A stretch of DNA of 64,000 nucleotides from a virus: positions 4,207 through 68,206 of IMG/VR virus record IMGVR_UViG_3300047157_000111. One strand, 5' to 3'. The first letter of the stretch is position 1. Each line of letters opens with the position of its first letter. The position numbers and the translations under genes were made by a program. Below, in pieces: positions 18,896 through 27,436 of the stretch. Under the pieces are notes generated by a model. It searched no databases and had not been told where the DNA came from. It saw only the letters and a list, made by a program, of their open reading frames with translations.

Positions 18896-18988
18896 TTACC
18901 ACTGTTCTTCGTCCCTGCAATCTGGGCATATATCACAAAAATCATATTCATCTTGTGTCATACCTTGCCCACACATCTCGCATTCCAC
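18896..18988 (-). CDS. 30-aa Cys-rich zinc-binding microprotein
   Basis: GTG start overlapping the ssb stop; MECEMCGQGMTQDEYDFCDICPDCRDEEQW. Confidence 0.5.
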   Translation of the reverse strand: MECEMCGQGMTQDEYDFCDICPDCRDEEQW

Positions 18989-19302
18989 TAAAACGGTAGA
19001 TCATCTGCTGGAGCGGCAGCTTGTACCGCTTGAGCTTGTTGTGGTTGATCCTCTCTAGGAGCTACAGCAACATTGTCGCCGTTAGTCCATACCACCTTAA
19101 CGTTTCCAAGGTAGGTTTTAGCTACTTTAGCTTCCCTCTCTTCCTTAGACTGTTCTACAACTACAGGTCCTTGGTTACCAAACTGATCTAGTTCGTCATT
19201 CAAGGTTATTGTAATTGGTAAGTATTTACCTTTTTTACCTACGTAGATCTTATCTTTAGGTATTTCATTAAGGTTAATACTAGCTTTAATTATACTTGCC
19301 AT
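18988..19302 (-). CDS. ssb: single-stranded DNA-binding protein
   Basis: Short OB-like core and acidic DDLPF tail; next to ERF and the exonuclease. Confidence 0.75.
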   Translation of the reverse strand: MASIIKASINLNEIPKDKIYVGKKGKYLPITITLNDELDQFGNQGPVVVEQSKEEREAKVAKTYLGNVKVVWTNGDNVAVAPREDQPQQAQAVQAAAPADDLPF

Positions 19303-19303
19303 A

Positions 19304-19480
19304 TTAATATGTATTTACTTGGTTAAACATTCTTGTTATTTGTGCTTTTGTAGCTCCTGAGTTTCTTCTTAGGTTGTCTACAGCTTTAGTGTGATTTTGA
19401 TTTACATAGAAATTATCTACACTAGTAGTTACTCCTGATACTGTACACATTTTTGTTTGGTTTTTTCTGGTTCTTGCCAT
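19304..19480 (-). CDS. hypothetical protein (58 aa)
   Basis: MARTRKNQTKMCTVSG...; fills the gap in the operon. Confidence 0.55.
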   Translation of the reverse strand: MARTRKNQTKMCTVSGVTTSVDNFYVNQNHTKAVDNLRRNSGATKAQITRMFNQVNTY

Positions 19481-19482
19481 AA

Positions 19483-20214
19483 TTAAAGGGTTTTAGTTAA
19501 AAAATATTGTTTAGGGTCAAAGCCCTCAGACTTATAAAACAACTCATAAGCCTGTACTGCTCTTTCTACTTTATCTTTACCTCGTTCGTAGAACTGAGGC
19601 GAGCAATCAAAGATACCTATTTGATGTGTGTTCTTATCTATTACAATGAATAGCATCTCGTAACCAAATAGTTTACTGTAAATATAAGCTTGACTGTCGT
19701 AATTGTACTTAGAAGCTGAATACTTAAACTTTGTGATGTCTGCTGTTGTCTTCAAATCAATAATCAGCTTTTCATCATGGTTTACAATATCAGCTTTACC
19801 TTTCCACATATGACCTTCAAGCTCTGTAATTCCAGGTCGTTCGTACTCTACATTACCTAATCTTATCAAGTCTCTACATACTTCGTTGCTTAGCATCTTT
19901 TCTGTCATTAACTCTATTTGATCAACCTCGTGTTGTAACAAACATATCTCACCGTCTGAAATCTCCTTATATGCTTTGGTGTTTCTAGTTGTAGCTTCTA
20001 CGATCTTGAAGTTTTTAAGTTTTTCAGGTTCTAGAATAGCCGTGTGGAAATATCCACCAACTAAAAACGCAGGTCTTGGCGCTAGACCTTTGCCTAAAGC
20101 TAAAGGGTTGGTTAATAGCGTAGATATATCAGAGTTACTTAGATACTTCTTACCAAAGTCTCCATAGTAATTACTGTCGTCTTCTAACGCTTTTAATACC
20201 TCTTTTTTGTTCAT
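19483..20214 (-). CDS. PD-(D/E)xK exonuclease (RecE/ExoVIII-like)
   Basis: LSNSDI, HTAILEP, KGKAD, IIDLKTT, YDSQAYIY. Confidence 0.8.
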   Translation of the reverse strand: MNKKEVLKALEDDSNYYGDFGKKYLSNSDISTLLTNPLALGKGLAPRPAFLVGGYFHTAILEPEKLKNFKIVEATTRNTKAYKEISDGEICLLQHEVDQIELMTEKMLSNEVCRDLIRLGNVEYERPGITELEGHMWKGKADIVNHDEKLIIDLKTTADITKFKYSASKYNYDSQAYIYSKLFGYEMLFIVIDKNTHQIGIFDCSPQFYERGKDKVERAVQAYELFYKSEGFDPKQYFLTKTL

Positions 20215-20215
20215 G

Positions 20216-20764
20216 TTACAGTGTTGTTAATTCTTGCTCTACTTCTTTAGATAGAGCATACTTAGCTTTTATTGCTGCTACCTTACCACCCGCTTTCACA
20301 TAATCCTTTGCTTTAGCAAATGCTGGATCTTTAGTTGATGTTAATGTAGGTTTTTTTGGCTCAAACTTCTTTTTACCATGATCATTAGTGGCATCACTGT
20401 CAGCTGTATCATCAATTAAAAACAAATTACCTAACGCGTATTTTTTTGCATAAGAAGATGCACTACCGAACTGCTGAGGTACGTTCATACCTTTTTGGTT
20501 CAAGTCTACACCAACGATAGCAGTTGCGTGTATAGCATTGTCGCCATCACTTACAGATGCGGTAGACTGCATCATAGGTATAGGGTCAACGCTAATGATT
20601 TGCTCATTGATTGTTACTGTTACTCCTAACTCTAATAGAAAGGGTTTTGTTGCTTCTAGGATGTCTTCGGCTGATCTGAAGTTGTATTTGCCAAAGGAAT
20701 TAAATCTACTTTTTTTCGATTTAAATTTTGTCTGGATCGTTGCCAGTTTTTCATTTATAGTCAT
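20216..20764 (-). CDS. erf: ERF-family ssDNA annealing protein
   Basis: NSFGKYNFRSAEDIL...GSASSYAKKYAL...DDTADSD. Confidence 0.88.
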   Translation of the reverse strand: MTINEKLATIQTKFKSKKSRFNSFGKYNFRSAEDILEATKPFLLELGVTVTINEQIISVDPIPMMQSTASVSDGDNAIHATAIVGVDLNQKGMNVPQQFGSASSYAKKYALGNLFLIDDTADSDATNDHGKKKFEPKKPTLTSTKDPAFAKAKDYVKAGGKVAAIKAKYALSKEVEQELTTL

Positions 20765-20784
20765 TGGTATATGGTTTTGTCTTA

Positions 20785-20801
20785 TTATTATAATTACACA
20801 T
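20785..20801 (-). promoter_or_regulatory. putative middle/late phage promoter
   Basis: ATGTGTAATTATAATAA, identical to 447-463; upstream of the replication operon. Confidence 0.5.
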
Positions 20802-20826
20802 ATTTATTATTATTTAATCACTTAAA

Positions 20827-21585
20827 CTACAGGTAATCAAGCACTTGCGAGTGGTCTACAGACTCTATTAATTTCTCAACAGCTTGCTTTTTTAACTGCG
20901 AAACTCTTACGTAAGAGCTACTACCTTTTATGTTTAACATAGAGGCTATATCTTTTGCGGCGTGTTTTTCACAGTCTAAACCGTAGCTCAGTCTTAGTAT
21001 ATTATATTCCAAATCGTTTAAATGTTTCTTTAATAAACCAGTTAGGTATATGTTTAATATCTGCTGGTTGTATGGTTCTGACTTGTCAGGAATATCATAT
21101 ACTGAGTTATCATCATTGTTAGGCTTCTCATCTATACTTAAAAATATAGAATTAAAAAACATAGCAACCATTTTTTCATCTTTACCGAAGTTCTTACGCA
21201 TCTCGTTAAGCTTGTGCTCTGGTATACGTATATCACCTCTGTTTATATCTATAGATCTTCTTATTGCTCCTTTAATTCTTTTACTAAAAAATGATTTCAA
21301 TGTCTTCTCGTAGTCTTCAGATTTTTCTAGTGTTGGCCAATCTAATCTATCAACAGCTTTAGTTAGTCCTGCTGCTCCTGATTGTATTAAATCCATAATA
21401 CTCTGTACACCTGAAGCTTGTTGACTGGTTGAAAACTTTCTAGCTAGACTTTCTACTAAAGGCATAAACTTAGTTATAAGCTCTTCTCTAGTACAGTCTG
21501 CCCAGTCTTTATTCTCTAGTCTTATCAAAGCTTGCTTAAGATCTTCTTTGTATCTTATATAGTTCTGTATGTTATACTTTTTCAT
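20827..21585 (-). CDS. sigma-70-family RNA polymerase sigma factor
   Basis: Region 2 (LVESLARKF...DLIQSG..GLTKAVD...IKGAIRR, IRIPEH) and region 4 HTH (ILRLSYGL...RVSQLKKQA). Confidence 0.85.
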   Translation of the reverse strand: MKKYNIQNYIRYKEDLKQALIRLENKDWADCTREELITKFMPLVESLARKFSTSQQASGVQSIMDLIQSGAAGLTKAVDRLDWPTLEKSEDYEKTLKSFFSKRIKGAIRRSIDINRGDIRIPEHKLNEMRKNFGKDEKMVAMFFNSIFLSIDEKPNNDDNSVYDIPDKSEPYNQQILNIYLTGLLKKHLNDLEYNILRLSYGLDCEKHAAKDIASMLNIKGSSSYVRVSQLKKQAVEKLIESVDHSQVLDYL

Positions 21586-22195
21586 TTTCCATGTTTAATA
21601 TTTCTTTTTCGTCTCTTAACTGTTTTGTTAAGTTACGTTGAACTGTTCTTGTAGAGCAATTAAGTAGACTAGCTACCATATCCCATGTTATTTTCTTACC
21701 ATAGTAAGTTAAATCTAACATAGCTTGATATATAGCTTCTTCATCTACTTTACTTGATCTACCTATTAATTTACCAACTATACTCATCTTATCTCTAGCG
21801 GTTAAACCACTATAGTCTTTAAAAATGACTTTTCGCATTTTATTCTTAGGAGGTTCACCACCGTTATTAAAAACATCGTCTATCATTTCTTGTAGTTTTT
21901 TATCACTGATAAAGAAGGTAACGAAACCATTTTCCTTATCAGCTATAAATTCATACACATAAGATGGTAATAAACCATGCTCTTGATTTAAATAGTATAG
22001 AACTAAAAAATGCCATTTTAAAGACTTGTAGGTAGTAATTTTAGCTCTACTGTTAAACAAGTGATAACATTGGTATGTACCTTGCTCGTAGAACTGGTAT
22101 TTACTAGTATCAACGCTAGGTTTATCAGTAGTAGGGTTTTGCCTATACCTTACACGCCTATCGTTAAGCCATTTTATGTTTCTCTCTTGTGACAT
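21572..22195 (-). CDS. DNA-binding protein with C-terminal HTH (regulator or replication initiator candidate)
   Basis: KITWDMVASLLNCSTRTVQR helix-turn-helix. Confidence 0.6.
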   Translation of the reverse strand: MSQERNIKWLNDRRVRYRQNPTTDKPSVDTSKYQFYEQGTYQCYHLFNSRAKITTYKSLKWHFLVLYYLNQEHGLLPSYVYEFIADKENGFVTFFISDKKLQEMIDDVFNNGGEPPKNKMRKVIFKDYSGLTARDKMSIVGKLIGRSSKVDEEAIYQAMLDLTYYGKKITWDMVASLLNCSTRTVQRNLTKQLRDEKEILNMENEKV

Positions 22196-22234
22196 TAGCT
22201 GCTTACTTATTATACTTTAGGGGCTGTTGTCACA
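22188..22234 (-). promoter_or_regulatory. 47-bp TGTGACA...TGTCACA inverted-repeat operator
   Basis: Overlaps the start codon of the HTH gene; a similar copy of the same length lies at 29411-29457. Confidence 0.6.
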
Positions 22235-22341
22235 GACCCTTTCTTTTTAGTTATTTTTCTTGGTTTTTGAAAATTTTTAATTTTCTCTTTAATGCCGAAT
22301 AAATTGGCATCAAATAAATGTTTTGCTTGTTTTCTACTCAT
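22210..22341 (-). CDS. hypothetical basic protein (43 aa)
   Basis: MSRKQAKHLFDANLFG...; overlaps the end of the 3D-domain gene. Confidence 0.4.
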   Translation of the reverse strand: MSRKQAKHLFDANLFGIKEKIKNFQKPRKITKKKGSVTTAPKV

Positions 22342-22672
22342 CTATAATTGTTATTTTAACGTTATTCCATTTACCTCCCTTTACGTCTTTGTTCACAAGG
22401 AAGTCTATTCTTTTTTTCCATCTTTTGTTCATGCGGTCTTCAACGGTCCATTCACCATCTAACTGTCCTGCTCCTTCAACGCAAACTCTAGTACCAAATA
22501 CGAAGCCGTATTGTTCTAGATCTCTGGACACCGCAATCCAGCGATGACCTTGAGGATTAGCTTCGTTAATTGTTTTTAATGAAGCCGTAGTTAAGTAGTC
22601 TGCGTTAGTCTGAGCAGGATCAGCATGGTATATAGTCGCTACCACGGTTATGTATAGCATAAATGATTTCAT
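22334..22672 (-). CDS. 3D-domain (MltA-like) cell-wall protein
   Basis: ATIYH, TAS, WIAVSRD, GTRV, VEDRM, RIDF motifs. Confidence 0.7.
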   Translation of the reverse strand: MKSFMLYITVVATIYHADPAQTNADYLTTASLKTINEANPQGHRWIAVSRDLEQYGFVFGTRVCVEGAGQLDGEWTVEDRMNKRWKKRIDFLVNKDVKGGKWNNVKITIIDE

Positions 22673-23138
22673 CTGGTCTAAATTTAAATTCTTCGTTATT
22701 ATTAGCTACTGTATGTTTATCTTGTTCATAATAATTCCAATAAGCTGTTACGCTACAGTCTGGAACTTTGTGATGGTCTGGCATACATTGAGGAGGTTCT
22801 GTAAAAGTACTGTCCGGTATTGTGGGTGGTAATTGTTTTAAAACTTCTTTGCATTTAATAATTGTTAAGTGGGTTTTTTTATATCTTTTTGTATATTCTT
22901 CGCCTAAAGCAATCATGTGATCATAAAGCCACATATATTGACTAGCATTTTGCCTACACCATATGGTAGACGGATGATTGTAATGTGCTTTTTTATAAGG
23001 TACATTGTCTCCGTTACCATAATGATGATGAGCTGTGCAAAGCATTTGAGCTGATTCCAATATCATTTTTACTTTATGTTTGTCATAGAAGTAGCTCGCT
23101 GCTTTGGCTGGATCTTTATCTAAATAAAATATATTCAT
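22620..23138 (-). CDS. pyrimidine dimer DNA glycosylase (DenV-like)
   Basis: MNIFYLD...DKHKVKMILESAQML...HYNHPSTIW...PPQCMP. Confidence 0.8.
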   Translation of the reverse strand: MNIFYLDKDPAKAASYFYDKHKVKMILESAQMLCTAHHHYGNGDNVPYKKAHYNHPSTIWCRQNASQYMWLYDHMIALGEEYTKRYKKTHLTIIKCKEVLKQLPPTIPDSTFTEPPQCMPDHHKVPDCSVTAYWNYYEQDKHTVANNNEEFKFRPDEIIYAIHNRGSDYIPC

Positions 23139-23245
23139 TAGTATCTTCGTTTACTTGTTCTATTGTAATGAGCATCTAATAATAAGTGTACTACTTCTTC
23201 GCTTATCATGTTGTCGTTATATAATTGGTATATTAACTTACTCAT
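23138..23245 (-). CDS. hypothetical protein (35 aa)
   Basis: MSKLIYQLYNDNMISEEVVHLLLDAHY...; coupled to both neighbours. Confidence 0.45.
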   Translation of the reverse strand: MSKLIYQLYNDNMISEEVVHLLLDAHYNRTSKRRY

Positions 23246-24086
23246 AATTACGTATTGCTTTGTAAAATGGATGTCTGTAACTACCAGCTGGTGTACGTTC
23301 GAAATATGTAAACGTAGCTCGCTTACCTATGTAGTCGCTAACGTTATCTAGTATATCAGCTAGCATTTTGTAGTTGTAACCTTTACCTGGAGGACAACCA
23401 AATTCTACGCCATCGTCATCAATCATTAAGAATTTACCTAATGTGCCTGTGCGTTTACCTTTACCAGGAACATAGCCTACTATAGTGGCTTCTGTGTCGT
23501 GAAAGTCTTTAAACTTTTGCAAGTTGTAAGAACGCTTGCATTCATATGGCTTATCTAGTCTTAGTATAGATCCTTCGTAACCCGCGTTTAAGTTTATTTG
23601 ATGCAACACTTTAGCGTGATCATTGTCTTTAACTTGAGTTGTGTGTGTATGTTTAACACAATAAGAATACATATCAGAACAAGCTAGTTGATCCATTCTG
23701 TAACTATAAGGCATGTTTAACACATTTTCTATGTAGTCATAACAATGAAATTGTACTAATTTAGATGCCTCAGTTCTGTCAGATGGCGTTGGTTTAGTTT
23801 TTCTGACTAATGATATGATCTTGTTGAAATCGTCTCTTAGATCATGATTATATAACTCACCGTCAAGTATAATATCAGGGTTCTGTGTGAAAAAGAAATG
23901 TAATGAATTAGTAATGTGAGCTATGTTAAGCCACGGTTTACCAGTACGTGAAAAAGCTTGTACTTCATTATTGTCGCCGAGTTTAATCACACATCTAACA
24001 CCATCTAGTTTAGGTTGCATATATACTTTCTCGGACCAGTCGACAGGTTTTTTGTCTACTTTGTATGCGAGCATTGGTTTTATCAT
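23238..24086 (-). CDS. lig: ATP-dependent DNA ligase
   Basis: PMLA, QPKLDGVRC, LDGELY, YEGSILR, KFK, RHP. Confidence 0.92.
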   Translation of the reverse strand: MIKPMLAYKVDKKPVDWSEKVYMQPKLDGVRCVIKLGDNNEVQAFSRTGKPWLNIAHITNSLHFFFTQNPDIILDGELYNHDLRDDFNKIISLVRKTKPTPSDRTEASKLVQFHCYDYIENVLNMPYSYRMDQLACSDMYSYCVKHTHTTQVKDNDHAKVLHQINLNAGYEGSILRLDKPYECKRSYNLQKFKDFHDTEATIVGYVPGKGKRTGTLGKFLMIDDDGVEFGCPPGKGYNYKMLADILDNVSDYIGKRATFTYFERTPAGSYRHPFYKAIRNYE

Positions 24087-24087
24087 A

Positions 24088-24360
24088 TTATTTAAATTTA
24101 TTTAGTTTATTTTCTACTTTTATTATATCTATTTTTATTTGTTCACACTTTTTATAATCTTCTTTCTGTAAATTATAATCAAGTGCAGTCATTAATTGAG
24201 CTAGCTCAGCAAGAAGGGTTTGCTCTTCATCATCGTTGAGTGTAAATACCCACTCTTCGGGAATTGATTCAGAACTATGCCCTTCAGCTAAAGCCTCTAC
24301 AACTAACTCAGCAACTCGTCTTGCTAATTTTTCAATATCGTTATCAGACATATTATCCAT
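24088..24360 (-). CDS. hypothetical protein with UVR-like C-terminal coiled coil
   Basis: EDYKKCEQIKIDI. Confidence 0.5.
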   Translation of the reverse strand: MDNMSDNDIEKLARRVAELVVEALAEGHSSESIPEEWVFTLNDDEEQTLLAELAQLMTALDYNLQKEDYKKCEQIKIDIIKVENKLNKFK

Positions 24361-24384
24361 TGTTGTTCGTATTAAGTTTGTAAA

Positions 24385-24849
24385 TTATCCTTGATTGTTA
24401 GGGTTTTTACTCCAATCAGTGTATTCGAATTCACTAGTAGAGTATTTATCTATTAATTTATCTACAGGTAAAACAAACATATTTCTAGACTCATAATTAT
24501 TATAGCAACTAACCCAAACATCAGGTTTACCTGTCCATAATATATAAGTATAATGATGATCTATGTTTTCTACGCTAGGGTAAAGGTATTGACTATTGTA
24601 ATGAAAGTCATGAACTAAATGAGATGAAATTCTTGAAGCATCACCAAAATTAGTAAAACCTTTAATGTCTTGCATATGTTTGACCCATTTCGCTAGTTGT
24701 ACACCTTGATACTCAGGGTAACCGTCGTGATGTAAATACATATTTACATAGCTTTTGTCACTGATCTCGTGTGGATGTATAGCAAAACCGTCTACATACT
24801 TACTAGATATAGATCTGTCGACAACCATTGTTAAACTTCTTGTACTCAT
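24385..24849 (-). CDS. conserved phage hypothetical protein (HxDGYP motif)
   Basis: MSTRS...YLHHDGYP. Confidence 0.6.
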   Translation of the reverse strand: MSTRSLTMVVDRSISSKYVDGFAIHPHEISDKSYVNMYLHHDGYPEYQGVQLAKWVKHMQDIKGFTNFGDASRISSHLVHDFHYNSQYLYPSVENIDHHYTYILWTGKPDVWVSCYNNYESRNMFVLPVDKLIDKYSTSEFEYTDWSKNPNNQG

Positions 24850-25289
24850 TGTTTTATTTTTTCGTATTCATAACCTTCTTCTATCAACTCGTTTTCAACT
24901 TGCTTTTTCATCTCGCTTGTGTAAGATTCATAGAGTTGCATAACAGCATCTTGAACGTAATCACTATCAATATCATCTACATATATTAGCTCGTTATAAT
25001 CACTAGCAGCCTCAACTAACCTGTCAGCTAAGTCATGATCATAGTAGTGTACGTCTTCATTTATACAGACGCTTCTACCATCACCGCTAGTTGTAACCCA
25101 AACTTCATAGCCATCAGCTGTAGTTTCAGCGTATATACTATAGTCAGGAGTTTTATTCCAAGTGTCTGTTATATCAAACTCATAATGGTTTTTAACAACT
25201 CTAAGAGCTTCGTCATGGTCAATATCATAGTCAATACCTATAGCTTCTAGTCTTTCGTCGATTAAGTCTTCTGTTAATATTTTTTTCAT
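24846..25289 (-). CDS. acidic early hypothetical protein
   Basis: 147-aa Asp/Glu-rich ORF coupled to its neighbours. Confidence 0.6.
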   Translation of the reverse strand: MKKILTEDLIDERLEAIGIDYDIDHDEALRVVKNHYEFDITDTWNKTPDYSIYAETTADGYEVWVTTSGDGRSVCINEDVHYYDHDLADRLVEAASDYNELIYVDDIDSDYVQDAVMQLYESYTSEMKKQVENELIEEGYEYEKIKQ

Positions 25290-25501
25290 ATTTCTTTATT
25301 TATTATTTTATCTATTTTATTTATAAGATAATCCTTATCTGTCATGTTACCGTAGTATTCTTGTAAATGCCAAGCTATATCATTTAACTTGTTTTCCAAA
25401 GCTACAATATATATTTTATCATCTTGTTTAATAGGCATTTGTCTTGGATCTATCTCACCTGACTCAACCATTTCGTAATATTTTGTTACTGAATCGCTCA
25501 T
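25286..25501 (-). CDS. early hypothetical protein
   Basis: 71-aa ORF, translationally coupled. Confidence 0.55.
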   Translation of the reverse strand: MSDSVTKYYEMVESGEIDPRQMPIKQDDKIYIVALENKLNDIAWHLQEYYGNMTDKDYLINKIDKIINKEI

Positions 25502-25734
25502 TACTTTACGATTTTATTACCATACATGAAACTTAAGTTATCTAGTTTCCAAGAGTCTAGATCACCATATGTCAATAGATCTCTAACTTCATCGATGGTT
25601 AATTCTGACCACATTAATTTTGACATTAACGTGTACTTTAATCTTTTAGCTGAGCTGTATTTTCTAGCACTAGCTTGTAAACTTGTTTTAACGTCGGGCA
25701 ACAAGTTGTCGTAGACGGTTTTTAGTTTTGTCAT
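25501..25734 (-). CDS. early hypothetical protein
   Basis: 77-aa ORF downstream of a promoter copy. Confidence 0.6.
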   Translation of the reverse strand: MTKLKTVYDNLLPDVKTSLQASARKYSSAKRLKYTLMSKLMWSELTIDEVRDLLTYGDLDSWKLDNLSFMYGNKIVK

Positions 25735-25801
25735 TTGTAAAATTTAATTATTAATTATTATTATTATCCACACTCATACGTATTATGTATGTAAATATTA
25801 G

Positions 25802-25875
25802 GTGCGCAGGAAGGACTCGAACCTTCGACCTCGAGTTTATGAGACTCGCGAGATAACCAACTTCTCCACCGCGCA
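25802..25875 (-). tRNA. tRNA with CAT anticodon (Met, fMet-like D arm)
   Basis: TGCGCGG/CTGCGCA acceptor, GAGA/TCTC D stem, CGAGT-CTCATAA-ACTCG anticodon arm, GAAGG-TTCGAGT-CCTTC T arm; CCA not encoded. Confidence 0.88.
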
Positions 25876-25879
25876 ATTT

Positions 25880-25979
25880 GTAACTAGTAAGGATTCGAAC
25901 CTTATAACCGTCGTTAGCCCATATACACTACAAGCTCGTAAAAACGTTTACTTGTACAATGTTTTGCCTGACCTAGTTG
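25880..25979 (-). ncRNA. tRNA-like RNA with acceptor and T arm but a long non-canonical middle arm
   Basis: AACTAG/CTAGTT stem and TAAGG-TTCGAAT-CCTTA T arm; lies 4 nt upstream of the tRNA. Confidence 0.5.
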
Positions 25980-26070
25980 CCGCTAGCTATTCACTTATGT
26001 ATGAGAATCCATCATATAACCTATTTTTCATGATCAACTTCAAACTCATCTAATTAAGCTACTCGTCTAG

Positions 26071-26259
26071 CTACTTGCGTCGCCAAGCTCTGTGCACAGA
26101 TGCGCTAACTTCTTGGCTAACAATTTGTATTGTATTACCAGTTTTATGCTCGATAATAGGTACGTAGCTGTAATCTTCTACTGTACTACATGGTACACAT
26201 GTTTTATAGCCATAATTTATTCTGATAGGATGCACTACTGTGCCGCATTTACAATACAT
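26071..26259 (-). CDS. C4 zinc-finger protein (TraR/DksA-like)
   Basis: CKCG..VHPIR......TCVPC. Confidence 0.5.
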   Translation of the reverse strand: MYCKCGTVVHPIRINYGYKTCVPCSTVEDYSYVPIIEHKTGNTIQIVSQEVSASVHRAWRRK

Positions 26260-26319
26260 ATTTATTTATTTTATTTGTTACATTTATATTATCCAAACTT
26301 GTTCGTATTAAGTTTGTAA

Positions 26320-26508
26320 TTATTTTTTATTTGTACTAATATACATGTACTCAATAGCTTTACTCATTACATAACTATGTAGGTCGTTGTATTCATCGCC
26401 TTCAACAGGTTGATCTGCTATTTGCCAATCAATACTATCATACATTATTTCTTTAGTGACGTCAGCAATACCTTGTGCTATCTCGTCTATTTCTTTCATT
26501 CTACTCAT
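26320..26508 (-). CDS. early hypothetical protein
   Basis: 62-aa acidic ORF. Confidence 0.55.
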   Translation of the reverse strand: MSRMKEIDEIAQGIADVTKEIMYDSIDWQIADQPVEGDEYNDLHSYVMSKAIEYMYISTNKK

Positions 26509-26509
26509 A

Positions 26510-26770
26510 TTATATCTTATTAAATATTGTTACTTCAACCCAACCTTTTTCACTGTGACCTGCCTCACATTTAATTCCAGCTTTAGTTAACTGATCTTCT
26601 AGCTTTATCGCCGCATCCCATAAATCTGGTTCAGGCATCTCGTCATGGTCATCATCATACATAACCTCACCTCTACATTGATAGAATATATCATCGTAGT
26701 CATTTTCTACGTACTCAAAATCCCAACCATTTACTCTTACGTCTTGCTTTTCTTTTAATATCTCTCTCAT
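26510..26770 (-). CDS. early acidic hypothetical protein
   Basis: 86-aa ORF in a tight operon. Confidence 0.6.
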   Translation of the reverse strand: MREILKEKQDVRVNGWDFEYVENDYDDIFYQCRGEVMYDDDHDEMPEPDLWDAAIKLEDQLTKAGIKCEAGHSEKGWVEVTIFNKI

Positions 26771-26771
26771 A

Positions 26772-27173
26772 TTAATACATTGTTAAGTTTCTCATGTTAT
26801 AGTTTCTCTTGCAGAAGTCTATTATATATACAAGTCTAGCAAGCGGATCATTGATTAATTCTCTAGCATAACATATAGCCTTTGTAGTTTCTAGCTTACC
26901 GTCACGCATTATTGTCCATCGCTCTTCGCGTTTATATACTTTATTTAGTTGATATATTCTGTCACTTGAGTTACATCTTCTTACGTAACCTGTTTTGTAA
27001 GACGCTATTTGATCACCGTTTGGCAAAACAAATTGTCTTGTACCATTTTTCTTTTGTCTGTCAGTAGTCATTTCTATGATGTTATACTCAACAAACATAC
27101 GTTTAGCGAACAAGTCTACTAGTTCTGCACGTCTTTGTTTCCAATTCATATGCTCTTGATATAGATCTCTCAT
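26772..27173 (-). CDS. early hypothetical protein
   Basis: 133-aa ORF in a tight operon. Confidence 0.6.
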   Translation of the reverse strand: MRDLYQEHMNWKQRRAELVDLFAKRMFVEYNIIEMTTDRQKKNGTRQFVLPNGDQIASYKTGYVRRCNSSDRIYQLNKVYKREERWTIMRDGKLETTKAICYARELINDPLARLVYIIDFCKRNYNMRNLTMY

Positions 27174-27436
27174 AATGTTTTTCTTATTAATATTAGTTGT
27201 TTAGTGTCGAATTTTTTATGTGTTTCTTGCCACATTTTGTTGTGTGTAAACTTTCTTGATTTAGAGAAACTAGATTTTTGACCTGTTTTAACTCTATTCC
27301 ACTCGCTATCAGTTAAACCTGAGTGCATAGTGTGATGTGAATGTTTACGTCTGTGCTCGTTACCTCGTAACTTTCTCTGATTTGCAGAGTATGCACACAG
27401 CTCTTTCATGGTTGTTGGATTAGATGTTACGCCCAT
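27170..27436 (-). CDS. early basic hypothetical protein
   Basis: 88-aa ORF overlapping its neighbours. Confidence 0.55.
   Translation of the reverse strand: MGVTSNPTTMKELCAYSANQRKLRGNEHRRKHSHHTMHSGLTDSEWNRVKTGQKSSFSKSRKFTHNKMWQETHKKFDTKQLILIRKTL

Noticed and set aside
24373-24380. Plus-strand TAAGTTTG as a Bacteroidetes -7 promoter element
   Set aside because: It matches in only two of seven copies and would point antisense to all nearby genes
25802-26053. 83-aa plus-strand ORF
   Set aside because: It is antisense to the tRNA and tRNA-like RNA
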